64,000 nucleotides of DNA from an uncultured Elusimicrobia bacterium (GTDB taxonomy: Bacteria; Elusimicrobiota; Elusimicrobia; 2-01-FULL-59-12): assembly GCA_963702895.1 (NCBI GenBank), contig OY969767.1:2560001-2624000 (forward strand). Reading direction: 5' to 3'. The notes beneath the pieces are model-generated. The model worked only from the letters and a program-made list of their open reading frames with translations, did not search any database and was not told the DNA's origin. A program made the position numbers and the translations under genes. This document shows positions 1 to 8,537 of this stretch, piece by piece; position 1 is the first letter of the stretch; every line of letters starts with the position of its first letter.

Positions 1-835
1 CGGCCAGTTTGAAGTTATTGGTCATAAACTGGTAAGTGATGGCGGTGTCGGCATCGTAGTAGCCGATGAGTCGTAAAGGTTTCTTGTATTTCGTCTTGGT
101 GCGTGGGCCTGTAAGCTCAATGGTGCGATCGTACAACAGGCCGTTTTTTAAGGGAATTTCTTGCTGTCCGGTGATGCGGCAGGTGAGGTTGTCTTTGGCA
201 CGGGTGACGAAGAAAGAGCCGAGATCGTCGATCTGACGGTACCAGCCGTAATCCATGTAGCCGCGGTCGAAGACATAGATGCTGTCCGGTTCTAAGGGAA
301 AAAGACGTTTGGCGGCATGGTCGAAGCACTTTCCATCGGTGATGACGGCAAAGGAAGGGATTTGGCCACGCAAGTCCAGTTGGCAATGCAGTTTGATCGC
401 TCCTTTGGCCTGTTTAAAGGTGGCCCAAGGGAAAAGGTTCAGGCACAGTTCCATGTTCGTGGAATCGAAGCAGGTCACTTTGTGTTTAAAACGGAACTGA
501 TGCTTAGGCGCGATGGCTTGGCACCGATCCAGCAGGTGATAGAAGAGCTTTTCCATGATGCGCCAGTCGCGCCCAGCGTTAGCGTCAGCCAGGGTAGAAC
601 GTTTCACTGGCGGCAGCCCCAAGTGATAGAGCTTGGGTTGTTGCGTGCCTAAAGCCGTCTGGATGTCACGCAGGCTTGTTTTACCGCTGGCCTGAGCATA
701 GAGGAGTGTCGTGAGCTGGTTCCAAGTCGAGAATTTTTTAACGTAGGCGTCGCCGCCGAAGCCAGAAACGGCTTGGTCGAACTGATGTCGTGGTAAAAGG
801 AGAAGCAGTTGGTTCATTATGGTGTTAGAATGCAT
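1..835 (-). CDS. IS4-family transposase (DUF4372 + DDE), 3' end runs off the window
   Basis: Manual translation from ATG at 835 (SD GAGGGAGG upstream): MHSNTIMNQLLLLLPRHQFDQ...KKFSTWNQLTTLLYAQASGKTSLRDI...CFDSTNMEL...YVFDRGYMDY. Absent from the ORF track because there is no stop inside the window. Confidence 0.9.
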   Translation of the reverse strand, partial: MHSNTIMNQLLLLLPRHQFDQAVSGFGGDAYVKKFSTWNQLTTLLYAQASGKTSLRDIQTALGTQQPKLYHLGLPPVKRSTLADANAGRDWRIMEKLFYHLLDRCQAIAPKHQFRFKHKVTCFDSTNMELCLNLFPWATFKQAKGAIKLHCQLDLRGQIPSFAVITDGKCFDHAAKRLFPLEPDSIYVFDRGYMDYGWYRQIDDLGSFFVTRAKDNLTCRITGQQEIPLKNGLLYDRTIELTGPRTKTKYKKPLRLIGYYDADTAITYQFMTNNFKLA

Positions 836-927
836 GAGCGAAATCCTCCCTCGGACAGAATGGTTTGCTTGGTCGCAATCATTCTACCGAACCAGGGGGA
901 TTTCGCATTTTTAACCGGACACGAGTG
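1..927 (-). mobile_element. IS4-family insertion sequence, partial; probable left end CACTCGTGTCCGGTTAA at 911-927
   Basis: Transposase plus an end sequence resembling DUF4372-type IS4 termini; the other end lies outside the window, so the boundary is unconfirmed. Confidence 0.7.
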
Positions 928-967
928 GTGATCGTTCATAAAATGATCGCCTCGCCGATTCCTGTCA

Positions 968-1058
968 CGGAGGGAGAGGGATTCGAACCCTCGGTACGGG
1001 TTTTCACCCGTACAGCGGTTTAGCAAACCGCCGCACTAGACCACTATGCGACCCCTCC
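968..1058 (-). tRNA. tRNA-Ser(GCT), long variable arm, CCA not encoded
   Basis: GGAGGGGTCGCATAGTGGTCTAGTGCGGCGGTTT-GCT-AAACCGCTGTACGGGTGAAAACCCGTACCGAGGGTTCGAATCCCTCTCCCTCCG; TATAAT on the minus strand at 1143-1148. Confidence 0.97.
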
Positions 1059-1259
1059 GTGACAGGGACCGATACAAAATCTGCGCCCTGAAGAGACACC
1101 CTCCTTCGGCGGGTCTCTTTAGAGACTATTCGTCTGTGGCGGATTATAACAAAGGCATGCGGTCCGCCCGCTTGCCTGGAGTGCTATGCACACCATCTGC
1201 CAGAGTGTACAATGTGCTCCGGTACTGAGGGATCCTGCTATTCCTACAAGGAGGCTTCT

Positions 1260-1676
1260 ATGCTGAAAGAATTCAAAGAGTTTGCGATGCGCGGCAATGT
1301 GATCGATCTGGCTGTCGGTGTCATCATTGGCGGGGCTTTTGGGAAGATTGTCTCGTCCCTGGTGAACGATGTCCTCATGCCACCCATGGGTCTGTTAATC
1401 GGGAATGTTGATTTTAGCGACCTGGCGTTCAAGCTCAGCTCCCCCATTGGCGACGCCAAGGCCGTGACCATCAATTACGGCCTCTTCATCAACAACGTGA
1501 TCAACTTCGTCATTGTCGCTTTTTCAATCTTCATGGTGATCAAAGCACTCAACAGCATGAAGAAGTCCCAGCCCGCGCCAGCGCCGGCTCCGACAGAAAA
1601 GAATTGCCCGCAATGCTTGATGGTGGTTCCACTCGCCGCCAAGAAGTGCGGCCACTGCACCTCGCCGATCGCTTAA
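1260..1676 (+). CDS. mscL: Large-conductance mechanosensitive channel with C-terminal CxxC...CxxC tail
   Basis: [35 protein letters not shown] signature; AAGGAGG SD before ATG 1260. Confidence 0.96.
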   Translation: MLKEFKEFAMRGNVIDLAVGVIIGGAFGKIVSSLVNDVLMPPMGLLIGNVDFSDLAFKLSSPIGDAKAVTINYGLFINNVINFVIVAFSIFMVIKALNSMKKSQPAPAPAPTEKNCPQCLMVVPLAAKKCGHCTSPIA

Positions 1677-1702
1677 TCTTGTATTAGTAAAGGAGATTAC
1701 CC

Positions 1703-2440
1703 ATGAACCGCAAAATACAGCGCGCGACCTGGATGGCCTTGCTCCTCGCGAGCGCCTTCCTCCCCGTCGCCTGGGCTGAAGAAGCCCCCGCGAAACCTTG
1801 GAAGAACACCACCGACGCCGCCGTGGCCAGCACCAACGGCAACAGCAAGAACACCACCACCAGTGTCAAGAACGCTTTTTTATACAAGTGGTCGAAGACA
1901 ACGCTGGAGATCATCGGGGGGGGTCTGGGATCCTCCAGCGGTGATGAGGTGACTTCCGAGCAGTATTTCGCGAATGAAAAAATGACCTACAACTTCACAG
2001 AAAAGAATTATCTCTATGAGCGGTTCTCTTGGGAGAAGAACCGCTTCGCCGGGTTTCGTAACCGGTGGGACGGCTCGGCAGGTCTTGGCCGCAATCTCTT
2101 GAACAAGCCCAAGGACAAACTGGACGGCGAGCTCGGCGCCGGCTATCTCAATGAAGAGCGCATCGACTCGCCCCGGTATGACTTTGCCTCAGGGCGCGCC
2201 TACGCGAAATACGTTCGCCTTTTTAGCGAGACGGCCGATTTCAGCCAGTCTGTCGAATACATTCATAATTTCGATGACACCGACGGCTATCATGTCAACA
2301 CGGAAACCGCGCTCAGGGCAGCCCTTACCACCAAAGTCTCTCTCAAAGTGTCTTACGTCTGGAACCGGGCTGGACAGCCGGCGCCCGGCTACGGCAAAGA
2401 TGACACGAAGGTCCTGGCAGGCTTAAGTTTGACTTTTTAA
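1703..2440 (+). CDS. DUF481/YdiY-like outer-membrane beta-barrel protein
   Basis: Signal peptide, alternating beta-strand pattern, GNSK motif, C-terminal LSLTF; SD AAGGAG. Confidence 0.8.
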   Translation: MNRKIQRATWMALLLASAFLPVAWAEEAPAKPWKNTTDAAVASTNGNSKNTTTSVKNAFLYKWSKTTLEIIGGGLGSSSGDEVTSEQYFANEKMTYNFTEKNYLYERFSWEKNRFAGFRNRWDGSAGLGRNLLNKPKDKLDGELGAGYLNEERIDSPRYDFASGRAYAKYVRLFSETADFSQSVEYIHNFDDTDGYHVNTETALRAALTTKVSLKVSYVWNRAGQPAPGYGKDDTKVLAGLSLTF

Positions 2441-2486
2441 ATCAAAGGCTTCCCCCTGTCGGCCTTCTAGCGCACGACAGGGAGGG

Positions 2487-2768
2487 TTAGAGGATGTCAA
2501 ACGATGGGGAGACCTGAGAGGGCGCTGCCCAGGATGCGACGACCGATTCGACCCTCGAAAGTGGCGGCCCTTCGTTGAGGCGTTCCCGCAGGCTTTGAAG
2601 CCGGGAACGCGGGCCCTGCGCGTAGACTTCAACGGAACCGTCTGGAAGATTGCGGACCCAACCGGTAAGCCCCCATTCGATCGCGACCTCCTGCGTAAAA
2701 TAACGAAATCCTACGCCTTGGACACGGCCTCGAACGACAAGATGAATAGCAGAAATTGGAGGTTGCAT
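2487..2768 (-). CDS. acyP: Acylphosphatase
   Basis: GRVQGVGFRYF...GWVRNLPDGSVE motifs. Confidence 0.95.
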   Translation of the reverse strand: MQPPISAIHLVVRGRVQGVGFRYFTQEVAIEWGLTGWVRNLPDGSVEVYAQGPRSRLQSLRERLNEGPPLSRVESVVASWAAPSQVSPSFDIL

Positions 2769-2776
2769 AAATGATC

Positions 2777-2855
2777 GATCCCGTCCCCATCCCTATAACT
2801 TCTTGAAAGGGACAGTCCCCCGGACGTAAGGGGGACGGTTTTCGCCGGGATGACG
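2777..2855 (-). repeat. Half-unit of GTCATCCCGGCG palindrome carrying a nested 54-bp GTCCCCC...GGGGAC insert
   Basis: Reverse complement closely matches 22739-22818 and 30145-30224. Confidence 0.9.
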
Positions 2856-2882
2856 CCGTTCCCTATGGGTATAGGGCCGGCG

Positions 2883-3239
2883 TCACTTAATGATAGCGAG
2901 TTTTCCTGAGGCGTGGTTGCCTTGGGGATCGATGAGAAGGTAGATGTAAATGCCGGAGGCCACGGCTTCACCGGAACTGTTGGTGCGGTCCCACAGGGCC
3001 TGGCCTGAAGAATCGGCCGTAATGTCCTTGACCAGATGTGCCGCGATCGTGAAGATTTTGACATGGGTCCCCACGGGGATCCCGGCGAATGTGACGAACA
3101 TGCCGGCATGTCGGTCGACCCGCCAGGGGTTCGGGTAGGCTTTGGCGCCGCTCAAAGGAGAGGTGGCCACACGGCCTGCCCAGAGCGGCGAAAGGGCAAA
3201 GCAGAGAGTCAGAACACCCCAAAGAGCAATTTTTTTCAT
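2883..3239 (-). CDS. Secreted protein made of signal peptide plus a single T9SS type-A-like/FlgD-Ig C-terminal domain
   Basis: MKKIALWGVLTLCFALSPLWA then YPNPW...VKIFTIAAHLVK...WDRTN...VASGIYIY...GKLAIIK. Confidence 0.8.
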   Translation of the reverse strand: MKKIALWGVLTLCFALSPLWAGRVATSPLSGAKAYPNPWRVDRHAGMFVTFAGIPVGTHVKIFTIAAHLVKDITADSSGQALWDRTNSSGEAVASGIYIYLLIDPQGNHASGKLAIIK

Positions 3240-3243
3240 GGAA

Positions 3244-4371
3244 TTACCGAGGGATCTCTTCTCCGGCACTCTTGCGGCGCGCCAGATGAGAGTCGTCATC
3301 AGACAGGAGCTGCATGAGCTGCTGATATTCGGGTTCCGTGTCATCTTCTTTGTTCTGGCCAGATCGGACCGTCCGGTGCTTTTTAATGTTCTGATAGTGA
3401 ATCAGGTTCCGCTTCTGTTCCTCGATGGCGCCAAAGCGAACAAGCAGGGAAATGTACTGGGCGTCCCCAAGCTCCCCGTAAGGGGACCAGGCATAAGCCA
3501 GCTCCTGTCCCCAGAGGTGAACGCCAAGCCCGGCCGTCAGCCCGGCGAGCGCGCTCAACTCCTTTAAGGTATCCGTTTTATACCCCATGCGCAAGGACAC
3601 GGCTTCCAGAGGCCGCCACTGTCCGCCCAAATGAAAACTTGCGGGGCCATGCCTGCGATACACAACTTCTGTGGACGCCAGGTAACGGGAGTTCGGACGC
3701 CAGGCTCCTCCCAGCTTCAGAGCGAACGGAAGATCATCCCCCTCGCTAATAAATTTGAGTTTGCTGCCCATATTCACCAAAGAGGCGCCCAACTGGACCT
3801 TATCTGTCCACTGATAATGCCCGGCCAAATCCGCCGCGTAGGCGCTTGCGGAAACATCATCCAACTTGGCGCTGATCATTTTACCCGTGAGGCCAAGAGC
3901 AAGCTTTTCCGTAACGGTCTGGCCATAGGACAAATTATACGAAGCGTAATAGTTTGAGAATTCGTCCGTTAAGGCGCCCGTCTCATCCCGGCCTGTGATG
4001 TCACCGGACCCTAAGTACTGAACAGAGAACCCGATGCCACGATGCGTTTTGGAATCGCGTTGCTTCGCAAAGGGATGCACGTAGCTGACATACTCATAAT
4101 GGATCGCGTCTAAATAGGAGAGATGTTGGCCGGCCAGCTCATGACCGCTTAAGCGGGCAAGTCCTGCCGGGTTCCAGACTGGAGCATAGGCGTTGGTCGC
4201 TAAGGCTGTATACGCCGACCCCAAGGCTGCAGGACCGGCGCCCACCGGGATATCCAGGAATGACGCTCCTTCTTTGCCAGCGGAGGCCATGGCCGGATAG
4301 GACTTCAGGATCATTCCCGCGAGCACGAGGCCGCGCAGGAGATATTTGATGATGATTTTTTTGTTGGTCAT
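3244..4371 (-). CDS. PorV/PorQ-like (UPF0164) outer-membrane protein
   Basis: Signal peptide, GASFLDIPVGAGPAALGSAYTA...WNPAGLA N-terminal motif, beta-barrel pattern. Confidence 0.82.
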   Translation of the reverse strand: MTNKKIIIKYLLRGLVLAGMILKSYPAMASAGKEGASFLDIPVGAGPAALGSAYTALATNAYAPVWNPAGLARLSGHELAGQHLSYLDAIHYEYVSYVHPFAKQRDSKTHRGIGFSVQYLGSGDITGRDETGALTDEFSNYYASYNLSYGQTVTEKLALGLTGKMISAKLDDVSASAYAADLAGHYQWTDKVQLGASLVNMGSKLKFISEGDDLPFALKLGGAWRPNSRYLASTEVVYRRHGPASFHLGGQWRPLEAVSLRMGYKTDTLKELSALAGLTAGLGVHLWGQELAYAWSPYGELGDAQYISLLVRFGAIEEQKRNLIHYQNIKKHRTVRSGQNKEDDTEPEYQQLMQLLSDDDSHLARRKSAGEEIPR

Positions 4372-4542
4372 ATTTTATTCTCCGAACCAAGTCTGACTGA
4401 ATATTGTTAAGCTCATATGACGCGCATGTTAATTCAAAGTAACAATTCATCACTAGCGCGATTGTTATGTAATGTAAAGTAAATTTAAGTTGAGTTAACT
4501 ATTGCTCAGTTTGCTTTGATATATAGATATGAAATGATGCAG

Positions 4543-6627
4543 CTACTTCTGGCGTGGGAGATGCTTTGCGCGGGAGTAATATTTTTTAGCTTCTGCTGGG
4601 TTGGGATTAAGACCTAACCATCCATTTTCATAACACTTACCTAGAAGCTCCATGCCTTCCTTGCTGCCTGCTTCTGCCGCTGCTTTGATCCAATGGAGGG
4701 CTGCCTTATTGCTCTTCTTGACACCCTCTCCCTTGGCATAGAGCTGTCCCAGGCCAAGACAGGCCGCGGCATGGCCTTTCTCGCCTGCTTTTCGGTACCA
4801 CTGGGCGGCTTTGGCCGTGTCGGTCGCAACCCCCACCCCTGTTTCGTACATCACGCCCAGACGATAGGCCGCGTCCAGATTGCCCTGGGCGGCCGCCTGC
4901 GTATACCAATGTGCCGTTTGAGAGAGGTCCTTCGGGAAGCCCTGGCCCAGGTAATACATGGCGCCGACTTTCAGTTGGGATTCGGCGTTGCCCTGACGGG
5001 CAGCCTGTAAATACAACCCGGCGGCTTTGCCGAGGTCTTTTTCGCCCGCCATGCCCGTCTCATAAAGATAGGCGAGCTGCAGTACCGCAGAGAGATTCCC
5101 CTGATCAGCGGCTTTCTTCAACCACACGACAGCCTGACCTGGATTTTTTGCAACACCCAGACCTTCCAAGTACAGTGACGCGAGCTGGACTTGAGCATCG
5201 ACGAGGCCCTCTTCGGCTGCTTTCGTAATCCATTTGGCGGCGGCCACGGGACTTTTCGGCACGCCCTCGCCATTCAGGAGCATGAGGCCATAATAAAATT
5301 GCGCGTCGACATGGCCTTGCTCAGCGGCTTTTCTGAGATACTCTGCCGCCTGCTTCGGGTCCTTGTTGATGCCCGAACCGTTGGCGAGCATCGCTCCCAC
5401 ATAGACTTGGGCTTCGCTAATGCCCTTGTCCGCCGCCTTCTTGTACCATTCTGTCGCTTGAGCTGGGTCTTTCGCGACACCTTCGCCTGTCGCGTACATC
5501 ACAGCAAGATTGTATTGGGCTTCGCCAATGCCCTTCTCGGCCGCCTTGTGATACCACGAGGCGGCGAGGATCGGGTCCTTCGCCACCCCTTGACCTGTGG
5601 CATACATGACGCCTAAAGTGTATTGAGCTTCGGGCATTCCCATTTCCGCTGCCTTTTTAGCGATGGGAAAGGCCTGAGCGGGGTCCTTCGGGAGTCCGAG
5701 GCGATACTGGGCGCGCGCGTCATGCTGAGCGGCAGCTTGTTCATACCATTGACGTGCGGTCGCAGGATCTTTGGCTGCGCCACGCCCGACAGCCACCATC
5801 TCGGCCAGTGCGAATTGCGCGCCCGCATGGCCTTGTTTGGCCGCCGCGAAATACCACTCTGAGGCTTTGACGAGATCCGCCGGGACACTTTCTCCCCTCT
5901 CCAAGATGGACCCAAGGCGGAATTGTGCCGGGGCATATCCCAGATCGGCCGCTTTTTCGATGAGAGCAATGCCGCCTGGCACATCTTTGGCTGTTCCTTC
6001 TCCTGCAATCATCATCTCGGCCAGTACATAGCGGGACTGAACATGGCCCTGATCGGACGCTTTACGGAACCACTCCGCCGCACGGGCAGGATCTTTGGAA
6101 ACGCCAACACCATGTCGATAGAACACGCCAAGCTGGTATTGTGCCTGAGGGTGGTTTTGTTTCGCGGCCTGCTCCATCCACTTAGCCGCTTCCGCGGGAC
6201 TCTTGGGAACGCCGCTTCCTTCGAGGTACTGCGTCGCTAAAGCGAATTGTGAGTCGGTATCGCCCTGGATCGCAGCCAGGCGGTTGTAATAGGCGGCCCG
6301 CTCGGGGTCTCGGGGCACCCCCACACCTTCGCCGTAGAGGCGCCCCATATGATATTGGGCGACGGCTGATCCCTTATCAGCAGCTCGCTGGATGAAAGGA
6401 GCGCCTTTTTTGGGATCCTTGGAGACTCCCTCTCCGTACACATACATCTTGCCGATCGTAAATTCAGCAAACGTATTGCCTTCCTCCGCCATGGGGGTCA
6501 AGAGCTTGAGCGCAGTCTTGAAATCACCGCGAGTATACGCGGACAGCGCGTCGTCCTGGACAGGCTCGGCCGCGTGTAGAGGGATAACAATTGCGCTGAA
6601 GATTAAAATCTGTAAAGCTTTCCGCAT
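4543..6627 (-). CDS. Secreted Sel1-like repeat protein (roughly 18 repeats)
   Basis: Repeated AQYxLGxMYxxGxGVxKDxxxAxxWYxKAAxQG; signal peptide MRKALQILIFSAIVIPLHA from ATG 6627. Confidence 0.92.
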   Translation of the reverse strand: MRKALQILIFSAIVIPLHAAEPVQDDALSAYTRGDFKTALKLLTPMAEEGNTFAEFTIGKMYVYGEGVSKDPKKGAPFIQRAADKGSAVAQYHMGRLYGEGVGVPRDPERAAYYNRLAAIQGDTDSQFALATQYLEGSGVPKSPAEAAKWMEQAAKQNHPQAQYQLGVFYRHGVGVSKDPARAAEWFRKASDQGHVQSRYVLAEMMIAGEGTAKDVPGGIALIEKAADLGYAPAQFRLGSILERGESVPADLVKASEWYFAAAKQGHAGAQFALAEMVAVGRGAAKDPATARQWYEQAAAQHDARAQYRLGLPKDPAQAFPIAKKAAEMGMPEAQYTLGVMYATGQGVAKDPILAASWYHKAAEKGIGEAQYNLAVMYATGEGVAKDPAQATEWYKKAADKGISEAQVYVGAMLANGSGINKDPKQAAEYLRKAAEQGHVDAQFYYGLMLLNGEGVPKSPVAAAKWITKAAEEGLVDAQVQLASLYLEGLGVAKNPGQAVVWLKKAADQGNLSAVLQLAYLYETGMAGEKDLGKAAGLYLQAARQGNAESQLKVGAMYYLGQGFPKDLSQTAHWYTQAAAQGNLDAAYRLGVMYETGVGVATDTAKAAQWYRKAGEKGHAAACLGLGQLYAKGEGVKKSNKAALHWIKAAAEAGSKEGMELLGKCYENGWLGLNPNPAEAKKYYSRAKHLPRQK

Positions 6628-6664
6628 GCGAGTGAGTGTAACAGGACATCCCCTTTGTTTCAAT

Positions 6665-8350
6665 ATGTCCCTGGGGAAATTCGCCAGCTGGCTCTTCGTG
6701 TTGGGGACAAGCATGGTCTCCTTCGCGGAGGCTGCGCCGAAAGTGCGTCGACCCATCAAGCCGGTCGTCGTCCGTGATATCTACGTTGAGCAAAAGAACG
6801 TCTTTGACCCCAACGTTCCCGGCGAAGACATGTGGCTTTTTCGCTGGGCCAACCGGTTTCATATTCAAACCAGGGCCTCCGTGATCCGGCGTGAGCTTCT
6901 GTTTCGCCCGGGGGACCGTTCGGATACGGAGCATATCCAGGAGTCGGAACGTAACCTTCGCGCGCTTCCCTTTATCAAAGACGCAACCCTCCGGCAACGG
7001 GCCAATCCCGACGGCAGTGTCGACTTGACGGTCACCACACAAGACTCCTGGACCACGCAGCCGCAATTCAACGTTTCAAGCGAAGGCGGGCAAACCATCT
7101 ATTCCGCTGGCTTTGAGGAAATCAATCTCCTCGGTTATGGCAAACATTTGTCTTATTTTTATAAGGAAGACGAGGAAGGCGTCGGCCACGAGGTTGGCTA
7201 CAGCGATCCGCAATTCCTGAACACGCGCTGGCGCTTCACCTCTTCTTTTGAGGACATACCAACGGGCGACGAGGAGACCGTGAATCTGGACCATCCCTTT
7301 TACTCTCTGACCACGCGCGTCGCGGGCGGCGTTCCTTTGAACCGCTCCCGGCGCATGGAGAAAATCTTAGAAGACGGTGTGGAAGTCAGCCGACATGAGC
7401 ACGACCATCTCGAGATGCGCCCCTACACGGGCCTTTGGGTGAACCGTGACCCCTTAAATGTTTGGCGCCTCACGCTCACCTATCGTTACACCGAGGATTT
7501 CTATCAGTCCGAAGCCGCCACGCTCCCGAGCTATCTTCCTTCCAACCAAGCTCTTTCAGGCCCTATCTTGGCCGCCACGTTTACGCAGTCGGACTTTATC
7601 AAAGAGACCTTCATCGACAAAACGGGCCGGACGGAAGATATCAACCTCGGTCATGAGGCGCAGGCAGGGGTAGGTTATGTGGGAAGAACTCTCGGCGCGA
7701 CGGAAAATTCCATCCCCTTTTCGGTGAACGACGCGTTTGGTTTTGGAAATCGCAGGACCGGCTTTGGACTCATGTCCTTTGGCACCTCGAGCCGCTATTA
7801 CCTCTATTCCGATGGGCAAACGGGTGGTAGACTCATGAACGCTCTTTATTTCGCTAATTTCAATTACTATCGCCACCTGCGAAAGGACTTCCCCATGACG
7901 GGTGTCCTCCACGCCGAATCGGCTTATGTCCAAAACCCGGACGTGGAAAACCTTTTAACTTTGGGCGGGAATTCCGGCTTACGTGGATTTAAGAATGACT
8001 TCATGACCGGCAATAAAAGTCTCTTGATGAACTTGGAAACACGCTTTTACTATCCAAAAGAGGTGTTCCATTTAGCTTACGTGGGGGGCGCTGCCTTTAT
8101 CGACGCGGGCCAAGTTCAGCCGCAAGGGTATTCTTTCACCCGCCAGGATTTCCACGCCAACGTGGGGGTGGGCATGCGCTTTGGCCTGACCCGCTCCGCC
8201 GAAGGAACGGTGCTCCGCGTGGATCTCGCCTATGCCCTAGGCCCTATCCAGCAATCCAATCGATGGATTCTGTCCGTCTCCTCCGCTCAAGGCTTCAAGC
8301 GCGAGGCCAATACCTATAAAAACTTCGTCTCCGCCAAATCGACGCAGTAG
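6665..8350 (+). CDS. Omp85/BamA-TamA family outer-membrane protein with one POTRA-like domain
   Basis: TRASVIRRELLF...ESERNLRAL POTRA motif; GGNSGLRGF and GVGMRF barrel motifs; start chosen at MSLGKF to avoid overlapping the Sel1 gene. Confidence 0.85.
   Translation: MSLGKFASWLFVLGTSMVSFAEAAPKVRRPIKPVVVRDIYVEQKNVFDPNVPGEDMWLFRWANRFHIQTRASVIRRELLFRPGDRSDTEHIQESERNLRALPFIKDATLRQRANPDGSVDLTVTTQDSWTTQPQFNVSSEGGQTIYSAGFEEINLLGYGKHLSYFYKEDEEGVGHEVGYSDPQFLNTRWRFTSSFEDIPTGDEETVNLDHPFYSLTTRVAGGVPLNRSRRMEKILEDGVEVSRHEHDHLEMRPYTGLWVNRDPLNVWRLTLTYRYTEDFYQSEAATLPSYLPSNQALSGPILAATFTQSDFIKETFIDKTGRTEDINLGHEAQAGVGYVGRTLGATENSIPFSVNDAFGFGNRRTGFGLMSFGTSSRYYLYSDGQTGGRLMNALYFANFNYYRHLRKDFPMTGVLHAESAYVQNPDVENLLTLGGNSGLRGFKNDFMTGNKSLLMNLETRFYYPKEVFHLAYVGGAAFIDAGQVQPQGYSFTRQDFHANVGVGMRFGLTRSAEGTVLRVDLAYALGPIQQSNRWILSVSSAQGFKREANTYKNFVSAKSTQ
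8291..8350 (+). repeat. Direct repeat copy 1 (att-like; last 60 bp of the Omp85 gene)
   Basis: 58/60 identical to 11516-11575. Confidence 0.95.
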
Positions 8351-8537
8351 GGCCTAAGTTAAACCATGGGCCTATTGGTTTTAGCCCGCCTGCCCACTTA
8401 TCCACCGTCGAAGACACCTTAGAATTGAATGTGTGTCGAACGTGCGCGCGTAGCGCGTCAGGTGTTAACTTCCAATCGCTCCCAAACGCGACCGCCGCCG
8501 GTCCAAAACGCTTCTCGACGCGATAGCCCCACGGTAA

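Noticed and set aside
317..652. Plus-strand ORFs in the first 800 bp
   Set aside because: Antisense to the IS4 transposase on the minus strand.
6392..6759. Apparent 368-bp overlap of the Sel1 and Omp85 ORFs
   Set aside because: Artefact of longest-ORF starts; signal peptides indicate starts at 6627 and 6665.
8398..8406. Isolated DnaA-box-like TTATCCACC
   Set aside because: Single imperfect match with no cluster; likely chance.
8351..8530. Integrase remnant in the islet
   Set aside because: No recognisable recombinase motif or convincing ORF, even when joined to 10360-10408 across the IS.
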